In this document: positions 37,023-44,389 of the stretch, in pieces
Position numbering within the stretch: the first letter of the stretch is position 1
Layout: each line of letters opens with the position of its first letter
Source of the DNA: Patescibacteria group bacterium
GTDB taxonomy: Bacteria > Patescibacteriota > Patescibacteriia > UBA9570 > JAHJKD01
Direction of reading: 5' to 3'
DNA length: 52,286 nucleotides
Assembly: GCA_043821615.1 (NCBI GenBank)
Contig: JBDRCS010000047.1
Span: 1 to 52,286, forward strand
Position numbers and translations under genes: made by a program
The notes under the pieces: generated by a model
Database searches by the model: none
Told to the model about the DNA's origin: nothing
The model's input: the letters and a program-made list of their open reading frames with translations, nothing else

Positions 37023-37092
37023 TTGACCTTTTTTGAATAATATTATATAGTAATTAAGTTAAAAATGTATGTAATAGTACATTTTTTCTTTA

Positions 37093-37176
37093 GGGCAGGT
37101 ACCAGAGTGGTCAAATGGAACTGGCTGTAAACCAGTTGGCCTCGTGCCTTCGGGGGTTCGAATCCCTCTCCACCCA
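37093..37176 (+). tRNA. tRNA-Tyr (GUA), class II, with two acceptor-stem mismatches
   Basis: Anticodon arm ACUGG-CUGUAAA-CCAGU, long variable arm, T arm GGGGG-UUCGAAU-CCCUC, discriminator A. It aligns position-for-position with bacterial tRNA-Tyr. However, acceptor GGGCAGG versus UCCACCC leaves C4.A69 and A5.C68 unpaired. Confidence 0.75.
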
Positions 37177-37210
37177 CAGTAAAAAAAATTAAAAATGGAG
37201 GAAAAATAAA

Positions 37211-38236
37211 ATGGAATATGGAAACATAATAAAACGATCTTTTCACATCACATTCAAAAATAAGGTTCTTTGGATCTTTGGCATGCTGGTTGTATCCGGC
37301 GGCGGCGGCAGTTTTATGGGAAACAGCGGCAGCTCGTTCCAGCAAATCGGAACGGAAATGGACAGCAATCAGATGTCTGATGCTTTTAATGAAGTGAGCA
37401 ACTTTTTATCAACTTATTGGCAGATTCTGCTATTTGTCGGCATTGGTTTATTACTAATCTGCCTGATCGCAATGATCTTGTCTATAATTGCCCAGGGCGG
37501 ATTATATAAGGGCGCCAACACGGCCTCTCAGGGGGTTAAGGTAAAATTTGGAGAACATTTCAAATTTGGCCTGGAAAAATTTTGGCGTGTTCTGGGAATT
37601 AACATCCTGCTCGTATTAATAATGCTGGGCGGCATCTTGGCCGGTTTCATTGTTCTCATCCCATTCCTCCTGCTAATGGTTATCCCTATCATCGGCTGGA
37701 TCGTGGGTTTTCTCGCTATCTTCCTGTTAGTCATTGCCTTCATTTTATTTGTTGTCGGCATTTCTTTATTCGTGAATTACATTTATTGCTATGCCTTAAT
37801 TGAAGACAATAAGATCAAAGAATCATTTAAAAAAGCCTGGCACTTATTGCGCGCCAATTTCGGGGAAAGCCTGGTTATGGGCATTATCTTGTTTGGCATA
37901 ACTTTCCTCATTGCCATTGTTGCTTTACTAATAATATTCACCCTTCTCCTGGTTTTTGGAATAATCGGCTATATCCTCTATGAATCCGCTGGCCTTACTG
38001 CTTTACTGATATTAATCGCGATTGGCTTGCTGATCATGTTCGTAATCGGCCTGTTTATCAAAGGCATCCGCAACACCTATATATTTTCCGCCTGGGTCTT
38101 GACTTGGCAGGAATTATCTGGTAAAAATAGTCGCGAAACCGCGAATGAAAAGACTGTTCTTAAAAAAAAGAAAAAGACAGCTAAGCCAAAAACTAAAAAA
38201 AAGAAAGCTACCACAAAAAAACCGACTAAAAAATAG
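37211..38236 (+). CDS. Polytopic membrane protein with poly-Lys C-terminal tail
   Basis: 341 aa with about 6 TM segments. It ends KKKKKTAKPKTKKKKATTKKPTKK. Confidence 0.55.
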   Translation: MEYGNIIKRSFHITFKNKVLWIFGMLVVSGGGGSFMGNSGSSFQQIGTEMDSNQMSDAFNEVSNFLSTYWQILLFVGIGLLLICLIAMILSIIAQGGLYKGANTASQGVKVKFGEHFKFGLEKFWRVLGINILLVLIMLGGILAGFIVLIPFLLLMVIPIIGWIVGFLAIFLLVIAFILFVVGISLFVNYIYCYALIEDNKIKESFKKAWHLLRANFGESLVMGIILFGITFLIAIVALLIIFTLLLVFGIIGYILYESAGLTALLILIAIGLLIMFVIGLFIKGIRNTYIFSAWVLTWQELSGKNSRETANEKTVLKKKKKTAKPKTKKKKATTKKPTKK

Positions 38237-38251
38237 TTTTTAGTCAGGTAA

Positions 38252-38325
38252 GCCACCTTAGCTCAGCCGGCCAGAGCAACTGTTTTGTAAACAGTAGGTC
38301 CGCAGTTCGAATCTGCGAGGTGGCT
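38252..38325 (+). tRNA. tRNA-Thr (UGU)
   Basis: Acceptor GCCACCU/AGGUGGC, anticodon arm ACUGU-UUUGUAA-ACAGU, T arm CGCAGUUCGAAUCUGCG, discriminator U. Confidence 0.9.
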
Positions 38326-38386
38326 CAGGAGAATTAATAAATAATAGGTAGGGGACGCAGATCTGCGTCCCGTAACAAAAAATTAT

Positions 38387-38548
38387 ATGTCCCAAGACAG
38401 ACTGACAAAGATGGAATGCACGGAATGCAAAAATGTAGACCATCAAACATTTAAAAACAAAAAAAAGTTTGCCAATGCTCCGCGTTTAGAAATGAAGAAG
38501 CATTGTAAATTTTGCAAAAAGCATACTTTGCACAAAGAAACCAAGTAG
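38387..38548 (+). CDS. rpmG: 50S ribosomal protein L33
   Basis: The 53-aa ORF is absent from the track because it is under 60 aa. Sequence [53 protein letters not shown] has the CxxC...CxxC zinc-ribbon form of L33 and the TLHKETK ending. Confidence 0.85.
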   Translation: MSQDRLTKMECTECKNVDHQTFKNKKKFANAPRLEMKKHCKFCKKHTLHKETK

Positions 38549-38578
38549 TGTGGGGACAGAATATCATTCTGTCCAAAT

Positions 38579-38649
38579 AGGGGTGTCGGTTAATGGTAAA
38601 CCATTCGCCTCCAAAGCGAAAACTGCGGGTTCGATTCCTGCCACCCCTG
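38579..38649 (+). tRNA. tRNA-Trp (CCA)
   Basis: Acceptor AGGGGUG/CACCCCU, anticodon arm UUCGC-CUCCAAA-GCGAA, T arm GCGGG-UUCGAUU-CCUGC, discriminator G. Confidence 0.9.
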
Positions 38650-38717
38650 CCTTCGTTCCTTCGGAACTCCGGCAGGCAAGCCTGCAAAATAAATTTAAAT
38701 ATAATTAAATATCACAT

Positions 38718-38852
38718 ATGGCAAAACGAGAAGGTTCGCTTACCGGCAAGAGAACAAAAAAAGCTCCCCACAAGACAAAGAAACGGCTGGCAGTCAAAGC
38801 AGCCATGCTAAAGGAAAGAGCTGAAAAAAAAGCAAAATTTGGAAAAAAATAA
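38718..38852 (+). CDS. Small highly basic protein (44 aa), function unknown
   Basis: ATG at 38718 gives MAKREGSLTGKRTKKAPHKTKKRLAVKAAMLKERAEKKAKFGKK, with TAA at 38850-38852. A clean terminator follows immediately. The ORF is below the track's length cutoff. Confidence 0.4.
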   Translation: MAKREGSLTGKRTKKAPHKTKKRLAVKAAMLKERAEKKAKFGKK

Positions 38853-38879
38853 AGCGGATCTAAATCCGCTTTTCTTTTT
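38853..38879 (+). terminator. Intrinsic terminator (possibly bidirectional)
   Basis: AGCGGAT-ctaa-ATCCGCT followed by TTTCTTTTT. It overlaps the stop region of the convergent GIY-YIG gene. Confidence 0.75.
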
Positions 38880-39114
38880 GGTTGATAAGAATGTCTTTTT
38901 CTTTTCTAGATAATCGTTTTATTTCAGCTTCATGTTTCAGGGCGTAGCCTTTATTCTTACATCTTTTTGTATACACGATCTTCACAGCCTTCTTAGCCCG
39001 AGTATATTTACTGCCTTTACCAGATTTATGTTCCTGAAATCGCTTTTCAACATTTTTTGCTATGCCTGTGTACAATGAATTATCGCCGCACAATAAAATA
39101 TAGACAGTATACAT
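38860..39114 (-). CDS. GIY-YIG nuclease family protein (YhbQ/UPF0213-like)
   Basis: MYTVYILLCGDNSLYTGIAKNVEKRFQEH...KHEAEIKRLSR fits the GIY..YTG..R..H..E motif set; 84 aa. Confidence 0.8.
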   Translation of the reverse strand: MYTVYILLCGDNSLYTGIAKNVEKRFQEHKSGKGSKYTRAKKAVKIVYTKRCKNKGYALKHEAEIKRLSRKEKDILINQKEKRI

Positions 39115-39602
39115 TATTCGATCTTTAGAATCTCAAATTCATTTTTATTAACCTCCACTTTGTCTCCAACTTTTTTACCCATTAAAGCTTCCCCCAGAGG
39201 AGATTTGCTTGAAATAATTCCAGCCTCCGGATTGGTTTCACTGGGACCTAAAATTTTAAACTTTTTTTCATTTCCATTCATATCCAGAGTTACTTCATGA
39301 CCAAGTTTCACCTCAGAAGTATCAGAAGGAGGTTGAATTATTACAGCCTTTTCTAATCTTCCCTTAATCTGATCTATGGATTTATTAATACCTCTTAATC
39401 TACCTTTGGCATCTTGATACTCAGCATTTTCAGAGAAATCTCCATTTTCTCCATATCTTTTTACTTCATCAATAACTCCAGGCCGAATATCTTTAAGAAG
39501 ACGCTCAAGCTTATCTTTCAGCTGATCATATTTCTTCTGGGTTATGTTGGGATCAAAAGTGGTAAAAGTGTATTTACCTGGTTTTCTATTTGGTAATTGC
39601 AT
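39114..39602 (-). CDS. greA: Transcription elongation factor GreA
   Basis: GDFSENAEYQDAKGRL and ISSKSPLGEALMGKKVGD. The ATG at 39602 is preferred over the upstream TTG at 39626. Confidence 0.85.
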   Translation of the reverse strand: MQLPNRKPGKYTFTTFDPNITQKKYDQLKDKLERLLKDIRPGVIDEVKRYGENGDFSENAEYQDAKGRLRGINKSIDQIKGRLEKAVIIQPPSDTSEVKLGHEVTLDMNGNEKKFKILGPSETNPEAGIISSKSPLGEALMGKKVGDKVEVNKNEFEILKIE

Positions 39603-39622
39603 TGATATATTATACCAGAGTT

Positions 39623-40294
39623 TCAATATTTAAAAAGCAAATTAGGATCTGGGCAAATATTTAAATATTTTTCCCGTTCGGATAATTTTGCCACCCCGGG
39701 AAAATCGCCGCGATATCCCAGCATGTCCGTTATAATTTGAAAATGAAGATGCGGCGGCCATTGGCCGTTGTCCGCTAAATCGCCTACCCAGCAGAAATTT
39801 TGACCCGCCTCAATCTTTTGCTCCTCTCTCAAACCAGTAAGAGAGTTTTTTTGTAAGTGGCCATATAAAGTGTAAAAATTCAAGCCATTAATTTCATGTT
39901 CCAAGATGATAGTATGGCCATAATCGCGATAAGCCTTATTATAGGCAAAGCTGTGAACCCTGGCCGAAAGAGGCGAGTATATGGGCGTGCCTGGTGTAAG
40001 CCACAGATCATAACCCAAATGAACTGTTCTCTCTTCTTCTTCGCCATTATTAAACAAAGAGCTGTTCCTATATACAGTTCGGTTTTCATTATATTTTCCC
40101 AGGCCCCAGCAGGCATTATTTTCTTTTACGGTTTTAGAGACACAATCAGAAAATTCTTGATCATTATCAATATTTATTTTTATTAAGTCTTGATTATTTT
40201 CAGAAAAATCAAAAACATAAGGTTCTTGTTCTAATAATTTTTTATCTATCAAAGGATAAATTTTCCCCTGATAATTTTTTAATTCATTTAACAT
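39623..40294 (-). CDS. M23 family metallopeptidase
   Basis: HLGYDLW, GHTIILEH, LYGHL and PPHLHFQI fit the HxxxD and HxH motif layout of LytM/M23. Confidence 0.75.
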   Translation of the reverse strand: MLNELKNYQGKIYPLIDKKLLEQEPYVFDFSENNQDLIKINIDNDQEFSDCVSKTVKENNACWGLGKYNENRTVYRNSSLFNNGEEEERTVHLGYDLWLTPGTPIYSPLSARVHSFAYNKAYRDYGHTIILEHEINGLNFYTLYGHLQKNSLTGLREEQKIEAGQNFCWVGDLADNGQWPPHLHFQIITDMLGYRGDFPGVAKLSEREKYLNICPDPNLLFKY

Positions 40295-40372
40295 GGCATT
40301 ATTATTAATTTTTAATTAATTTGGGGTGGGGTACTAGCTGAAAATTCAGTTTTCCCCCGGGTTCTCTCCTCT

Positions 40373-41248
40373 TTAACACTCTTGCAGGTTATTTGGATCG
40401 AGCTGATCCAGGTGGGGAAAGATGCAGGTGGCGTAGTGTTGCATTCCTTCCAGAAACAGCGGTGCCTTGGCCAGGCGGTAGTTCCGGTCGCGCAGCTGCT
40501 GGGGCTGGTCGCCCGGAAAGACCGGCGTTCCTTCAGCCACGGCAATCGGGGGGCCGTCATCAATCACGCAGTTCACGAAGTGCAGGGTGGCTCCGGTCAC
40601 TGTGGTTCCGTTGATGCGAGCTTTCCGAATGGCGTCAGCCGTGGGCGTGGGTCCGCGCATGCAGAACTTATGATCAGCCAGGGTAATGGCCGGGTGGATG
40701 TTGACCACTCGTCCCATCAGGCCCATCTCTGAACAAATCAGATGCTCAATCCGGGCCATGTAATGGTCCGAAACCAGCACATCTGCCTCGGCCTGGTGAA
40801 ACAGCCCCAGAATTCGACGCTCGAATTCCAGCTTGCCCAGGCGCCGCCCCTCTTTGTCGCTGAGGGGCAACTTGCGGAACAGTGAAGGCACATTCACGGT
40901 CCGGCTGGCCAGGGTCTGGCCATTGGGCAGGCACAGATCCAAGGGGTGGATCCACGGCTTACCTTCGGTGGGCTGGCACGGGTAGCCATTCAGGTTGTCT
41001 GTCTCATGGTCATCAGTGATCACGCGGACCACTTCACAAACACCATACAATGAACCGCCCGGAAAGGTTGCCCGGACCATGGCTTCAATTACGCCTTTCA
41101 TGTACCGCTCACCGTCCGGGTAGGCAATGGTCCGGCCATTTTGGTCGCAGGCGCCAGTATCGCGCACCGAAGTCAGGAATGCGACCCGAATGGGCCGGCT
41201 GGGGTTAATAGATTTCAGGCTGGGGTTGCCAAAACGCGTAACTTTCAT
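40373..41248 (-). CDS. Formyltransferase (PurN-fold)-like protein in a G+C-rich island
   Basis: IRVAFLTSVRDTG, DVLVSDHYMARI, VNIHPA and GATLHFVNCVIDDGPPI resemble the GART/formyl_trans_N layout. Codons are strongly G/C-ending, unlike all the neighbouring genes. Confidence 0.55.
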   Translation of the reverse strand: MKVTRFGNPSLKSINPSRPIRVAFLTSVRDTGACDQNGRTIAYPDGERYMKGVIEAMVRATFPGGSLYGVCEVVRVITDDHETDNLNGYPCQPTEGKPWIHPLDLCLPNGQTLASRTVNVPSLFRKLPLSDKEGRRLGKLEFERRILGLFHQAEADVLVSDHYMARIEHLICSEMGLMGRVVNIHPAITLADHKFCMRGPTPTADAIRKARINGTTVTGATLHFVNCVIDDGPPIAVAEGTPVFPGDQPQQLRDRNYRLAKAPLFLEGMQHYATCIFPHLDQLDPNNLQEC

Positions 41249-41300
41249 CTTTAATCCCTTTTTGCAAGGATGTTGTTGTAAAGAACGAAAAAATGAACAA

Positions 41301-41407
41301 CCAAAAAACCGCCGTTTTAGGCGGTCAACTTTTCACAAATAAAAGGCTACCTAAAACAAGTCGGGGTTAGGTAGTTTCTTTTTAAGTTGTGAAAATGTAT
41401 TGTTCAT
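41301..41407. repeat. Copy 1 of ~105-nt structured repeat (hairpin-terminator, long inverted repeat, 18-codon ORF)
   Basis: Core TTTTCACAAATAAAAGGCTACCTAAAACAAG...AAGTTGTGAAAAT is about 86 percent identical by hand alignment (about 67 of 78 positions) to 45565-45642. It is preceded by the CCGCC-loop-GGCGG hairpin. Confidence 0.8.
41351..41407 (-). CDS. Possible 18-aa peptide MNNTFSQLKKKLPNPDLF
   Basis: On the - strand: TTGACA, 17 nt, TATTAT, 6 nt, then ATG. There are 18 codons, TAG, then a CCGCC/GGCGG hairpin plus T6. A same-length ORF is preserved in copy 2. Confidence 0.3.
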   Translation of the reverse strand: MNNTFSQLKKKLPNPDLF

Positions 41408-41448
41408 ATATTAATAATATTTTAATATAAAAAATTTGTCAAATATTA

Positions 41449-42237
41449 TTATTTTACATCCTTTATTTTAATATTCGCACTACATAAATAATCAGGATAA
41501 TCAGATTCACCATTTGGCCTGACTACTGGGTATTGATAATTGCCCCCGCCTTCAATAAACTGATTTCTGCAACTCATGGGATTCCAGTGATTCCCGGCCG
41601 TATTGTGGAGAATTTTGGTTTTTTTTAGAACCACGCCTGGTTCGCCGCCGCCGGCAGTGGCCACAGCAAAAGAATATGGGCCAGGAGCGCTGTTGTATGA
41701 AATTGAACTATTTTTAATTATCCCGGTAATTCCTTCATCAATCCATATGCCGCCAGCCAGTCCCAGCCGGGCAATATTGTATTCAATCTTCACTTTTTTA
41801 AAGTCCATTGTGGTCTCGTCATAGGTTAATTGCAGGCCTCCAAAAGTATGGGCGCTATTTTTACTGATAGTTGTATTGGAAATTTTTATAGGACCGCCCT
41901 GAAAATAAATTCCGCCGGCTCCGCTTGGTTCAGTATTATCATCAGGATTTTCTTTCGGGGTCACATTATTTTTTGTAATTAATGACCGGTTAATAATCAT
42001 TGTGTCCACCCCGCTATAGGTGGTTCTAAACATTCCGCCTCCAAGGGCATTGGCCGTGTTGTTACTGACAGTTGATCCGCATAGAAAAAAATCTTGTTCT
42101 TGTCCGTCCATTAAAATTCCTCCGCCATTGCCGCCATGTCCCTGTTGGACATCTCTTTCATCCTGATAATTTGCGCCTTTTCCCAAGGCTTGATTATTCT
42201 TAATAGTAGAGTTGTAAATTTTTATGGAAGCATGCAA
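41449..42237 (-). CDS. C-terminal part of a PMP-like beta-helix surface protein (frame-shifted from 42222-43223)
   Basis: Repeats of the type GGG(I/M)...N(S/T)TI.(K/N)N. The reading frame joins the upstream ORF if the G8 tract at 42239-42246 gains one G. Confidence 0.6.
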   Translation of the reverse strand: MHASIKIYNSTIKNNQALGKGANYQDERDVQQGHGGNGGGILMDGQEQDFFLCGSTVSNNTANALGGGMFRTTYSGVDTMIINRSLITKNNVTPKENPDDNTEPSGAGGIYFQGGPIKISNTTISKNSAHTFGGLQLTYDETTMDFKKVKIEYNIARLGLAGGIWIDEGITGIIKNSSISYNSAPGPYSFAVATAGGGEPGVVLKKTKILHNTAGNHWNPMSCRNQFIEGGGNYQYPVVRPNGESDYPDYLCSANIKIKDVK

Positions 42238-43223
42238 ACCCCCCCCACAGCTCCTCCATTGGAGCAGCCATTGCCATCAAAAGTGCTATTAACCACTGTC
42301 ATGATGCCTCTCCCAACTCCATAAATGCCCCCGCCAGCTAAATCAGGTCCCCAGTCAGGACAATTATTATTAATAAAAGCATTATTAAAGGATTTAACAT
42401 TGCCGCCATAAAAGTAAATTGCTCCACCTCCACCATCAGCACCTGTGCCTAGATAATCACCATTTTCGTTATAGCGCGCATGTCCGCTAGATTGAGCATT
42501 CTTAAAAGTTAGGTTCACAACCGTAAGCGTAGGAGATAGTGATTCGAAATTTTCTGTATCCATCTTTAATATTCTAGTAGTCTTTCCACCACTTAAAGTA
42601 ATGTTATTTTCACCGTCAATAATTGTATCTTTGCTAGAATTTATATTCGCCTCACTTGTAAGTTTAATAATATGAGGTTTTTTGCCGCAATTAAATTTAA
42701 CTATCCCTCCTTGAGCTACGGCATTTTTAAAAGCTTGTTCTGTGCAGCTGGCTTTAGTTCCGTTACCCACCACTATATCCGGATTTGAAGTATTCGGAAC
42801 GCTGGGTTTAGATTTACACTTTAAAGGAAAGGGTCGGGGAGTAAACCATTTCTTTTTACTCCACTTGCCGTCCAGAGTTCTAACTCGTACAGCGTATCTT
42901 TTGTTTTTTATGTAACCAGCTTTTTTTCCTTTAATAATCTTAAAGTTTTCATCAGTTGAATAAGTTCTGATTTTTTTATAATTTTTCTTACACGTCTTGC
43001 ATTTTTTTAAAAGCTGCACCTGATATTCTTCTACGCCGGAAACATTTCCCCAATTTACCCTAATTCGGATTTTATCGTTTTCATTACTTAGTTTTTTAAC
43101 TTCAACATTCTGAACTTTTTGTAAAGTTCCACCACCCTGGCTATTAGGAGCAATCATAAATAAAAAACCAAAGAAACAAATAAAAGTTAATAAATAGAGG
43201 GGAAAATTATTTATTTTATTCAT
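42222..43223 (-). CDS. N-terminal part of a PMP-like beta-helix surface protein (signal peptide, Lys-rich Fn3-like module, GGAIY/FxxN repeats)
   Basis: Signal peptide MNKINNFPLYLLTFICFFGFLFMIA. A K-rich Fn3-like module follows, then GGGGAIYFYGGNVKSFNNAFINN, a GGAI plus FxxN motif pair. The ORF ends just after the homopolymer. Confidence 0.65.
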   Translation of the reverse strand: MNKINNFPLYLLTFICFFGFLFMIAPNSQGGGTLQKVQNVEVKKLSNENDKIRIRVNWGNVSGVEEYQVQLLKKCKTCKKNYKKIRTYSTDENFKIIKGKKAGYIKNKRYAVRVRTLDGKWSKKKWFTPRPFPLKCKSKPSVPNTSNPDIVVGNGTKASCTEQAFKNAVAQGGIVKFNCGKKPHIIKLTSEANINSSKDTIIDGENNITLSGGKTTRILKMDTENFESLSPTLTVVNLTFKNAQSSGHARYNENGDYLGTGADGGGGAIYFYGGNVKSFNNAFINNNCPDWGPDLAGGGIYGVGRGIMTVVNSTFDGNGCSNGGAVGGVCMLP

Positions 43224-43342
43224 ATTTACATTATAAAGAAAAAAATTATCCTAGTCTAATTAACCATATAAAAAGGCTGGCGGGTATTTTATATTAATAC
43301 AATGTGCTATAATCAATTCAGGTTTAAAATTAATATAAAAAA

Positions 43343-44371
43343 ATGAAACATGTAAAAAAAATCTTCCTCTTTTCTTTTGTTGCGGTATTATTTTCAGTTA
43401 TGCTTGCTCCAGCCGTCAAAGCCAGCGACATACCGCCGATCGGCAACATCGTTTATGAACACAACGATTACATCTGGTTGATTGACGGGGATACTGGGAA
43501 AAAGAGTAAAATCAGCAAGGGCAATTTTCCCGCTTTGTCGGATACGGTGAATATAGATCCGGAATTGGCAAAGAATAAAGTTGCTTATGTTCTCACAAAG
43601 GAAAATTCTCATTTCCAGGAAGGCAACAAGGAAGGAATTTACATCTATAACATTGCGACAGACAAGAAAAAATATGTAAATTACGGCGTAAACGATTTGA
43701 CCAACCAAGTAGTATGGTCGCCGAATGGTAAGTATTTACTAATCGGCACGCACACTTCCACTTTCGACACCAAAACTTTAATTACCCAGAAAGGGAAGAA
43801 AAAGATGTCTTTTAAAACAATCGGCAACCAATTCGGTTGGTCGCTTGCCAGCGATCGAATTTTCTACACTTCCTTGCATAATGTCACTCCACCCCGGCCC
43901 AGGGGCGAAGGAGGCGGTTTAGGCTATGGAATTTCTAAAACAACTTTTTTTGGTAAAAAGACGCTTTTAAAAAAGCCGACCGCTCTAGTTGATTATACGT
44001 TTTATGCCGTGGGGGAAGAGATCCAATTTACCAAGTATAAAGTCGTCGAACAAGATGATTGGTATCACAATTCCAAGATTAAAAAGCGTTATCGCACCAT
44101 GAATATGAAGGGAAAAAATGTAAAAAAGACGAATAAATTGGAAGCACCGGCCGATCGGATTGCTGACGCCCTTCCTAAAAAATATAAGGATTATTCCGTG
44201 ATTGATTTTGGCGGACCGATGTGGAATATTGATTTTAGATTATTTGTCCTGGATCCGGATGTGGAAGTGAGCGGCGATGAAGCAATCTATGTGATGCAGC
44301 TCCCGCACAGCGACACTTTAACGAAAATTACAAATGGGAATAATCCCAGCTGGGGTTGGAATTTGAATTAA
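43343..44371 (+). CDS. Secreted protein, possibly PD40/TolB-like beta-propeller
   Basis: Signal peptide. Repeated motifs such as YIWLIDGDTGKK, GIYIYNIATDKK and VVWSPNGKYLLIG resemble PD40 blades. Confidence 0.45.
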   Translation: MKHVKKIFLFSFVAVLFSVMLAPAVKASDIPPIGNIVYEHNDYIWLIDGDTGKKSKISKGNFPALSDTVNIDPELAKNKVAYVLTKENSHFQEGNKEGIYIYNIATDKKKYVNYGVNDLTNQVVWSPNGKYLLIGTHTSTFDTKTLITQKGKKKMSFKTIGNQFGWSLASDRIFYTSLHNVTPPRPRGEGGGLGYGISKTTFFGKKTLLKKPTALVDYTFYAVGEEIQFTKYKVVEQDDWYHNSKIKKRYRTMNMKGKNVKKTNKLEAPADRIADALPKKYKDYSVIDFGGPMWNIDFRLFVLDPDVEVSGDEAIYVMQLPHSDTLTKITNGNNPSWGWNLN

Positions 44372-44389
44372 AAAATTATATATAAACTT

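Noticed and set aside
38579-38649. UGA recoding (code 4 or 25), as seen in some candidate phyla.
   Set aside because: tRNA-Trp has anticodon CCA, not UCA. Long ORFs are not interrupted by in-frame TGA, and TGA terminates at least one well-supported gene (44390-45508).
37043-38811. Track ORFs 37043-37345(-), 38258-38446(-), 38451-38687(-) and 38593-38811(+).
   Set aside because: Each overlaps a tRNA gene or rpmG and has no coding features. The + strand region after tRNA-Trp is better explained by the alternative-frame 44-aa ORF with its own terminator.
40312-41342. Multiple overlapping ORFs in both strands (for example 40312-40563, 40382-40732, 40393-40614, 40746-40955, 41127-41342).
   Set aside because: These are stop-poor shadow frames caused by the high G+C content of the island. 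Only 40373-41248(-) has a protein-like motif pattern and full length.
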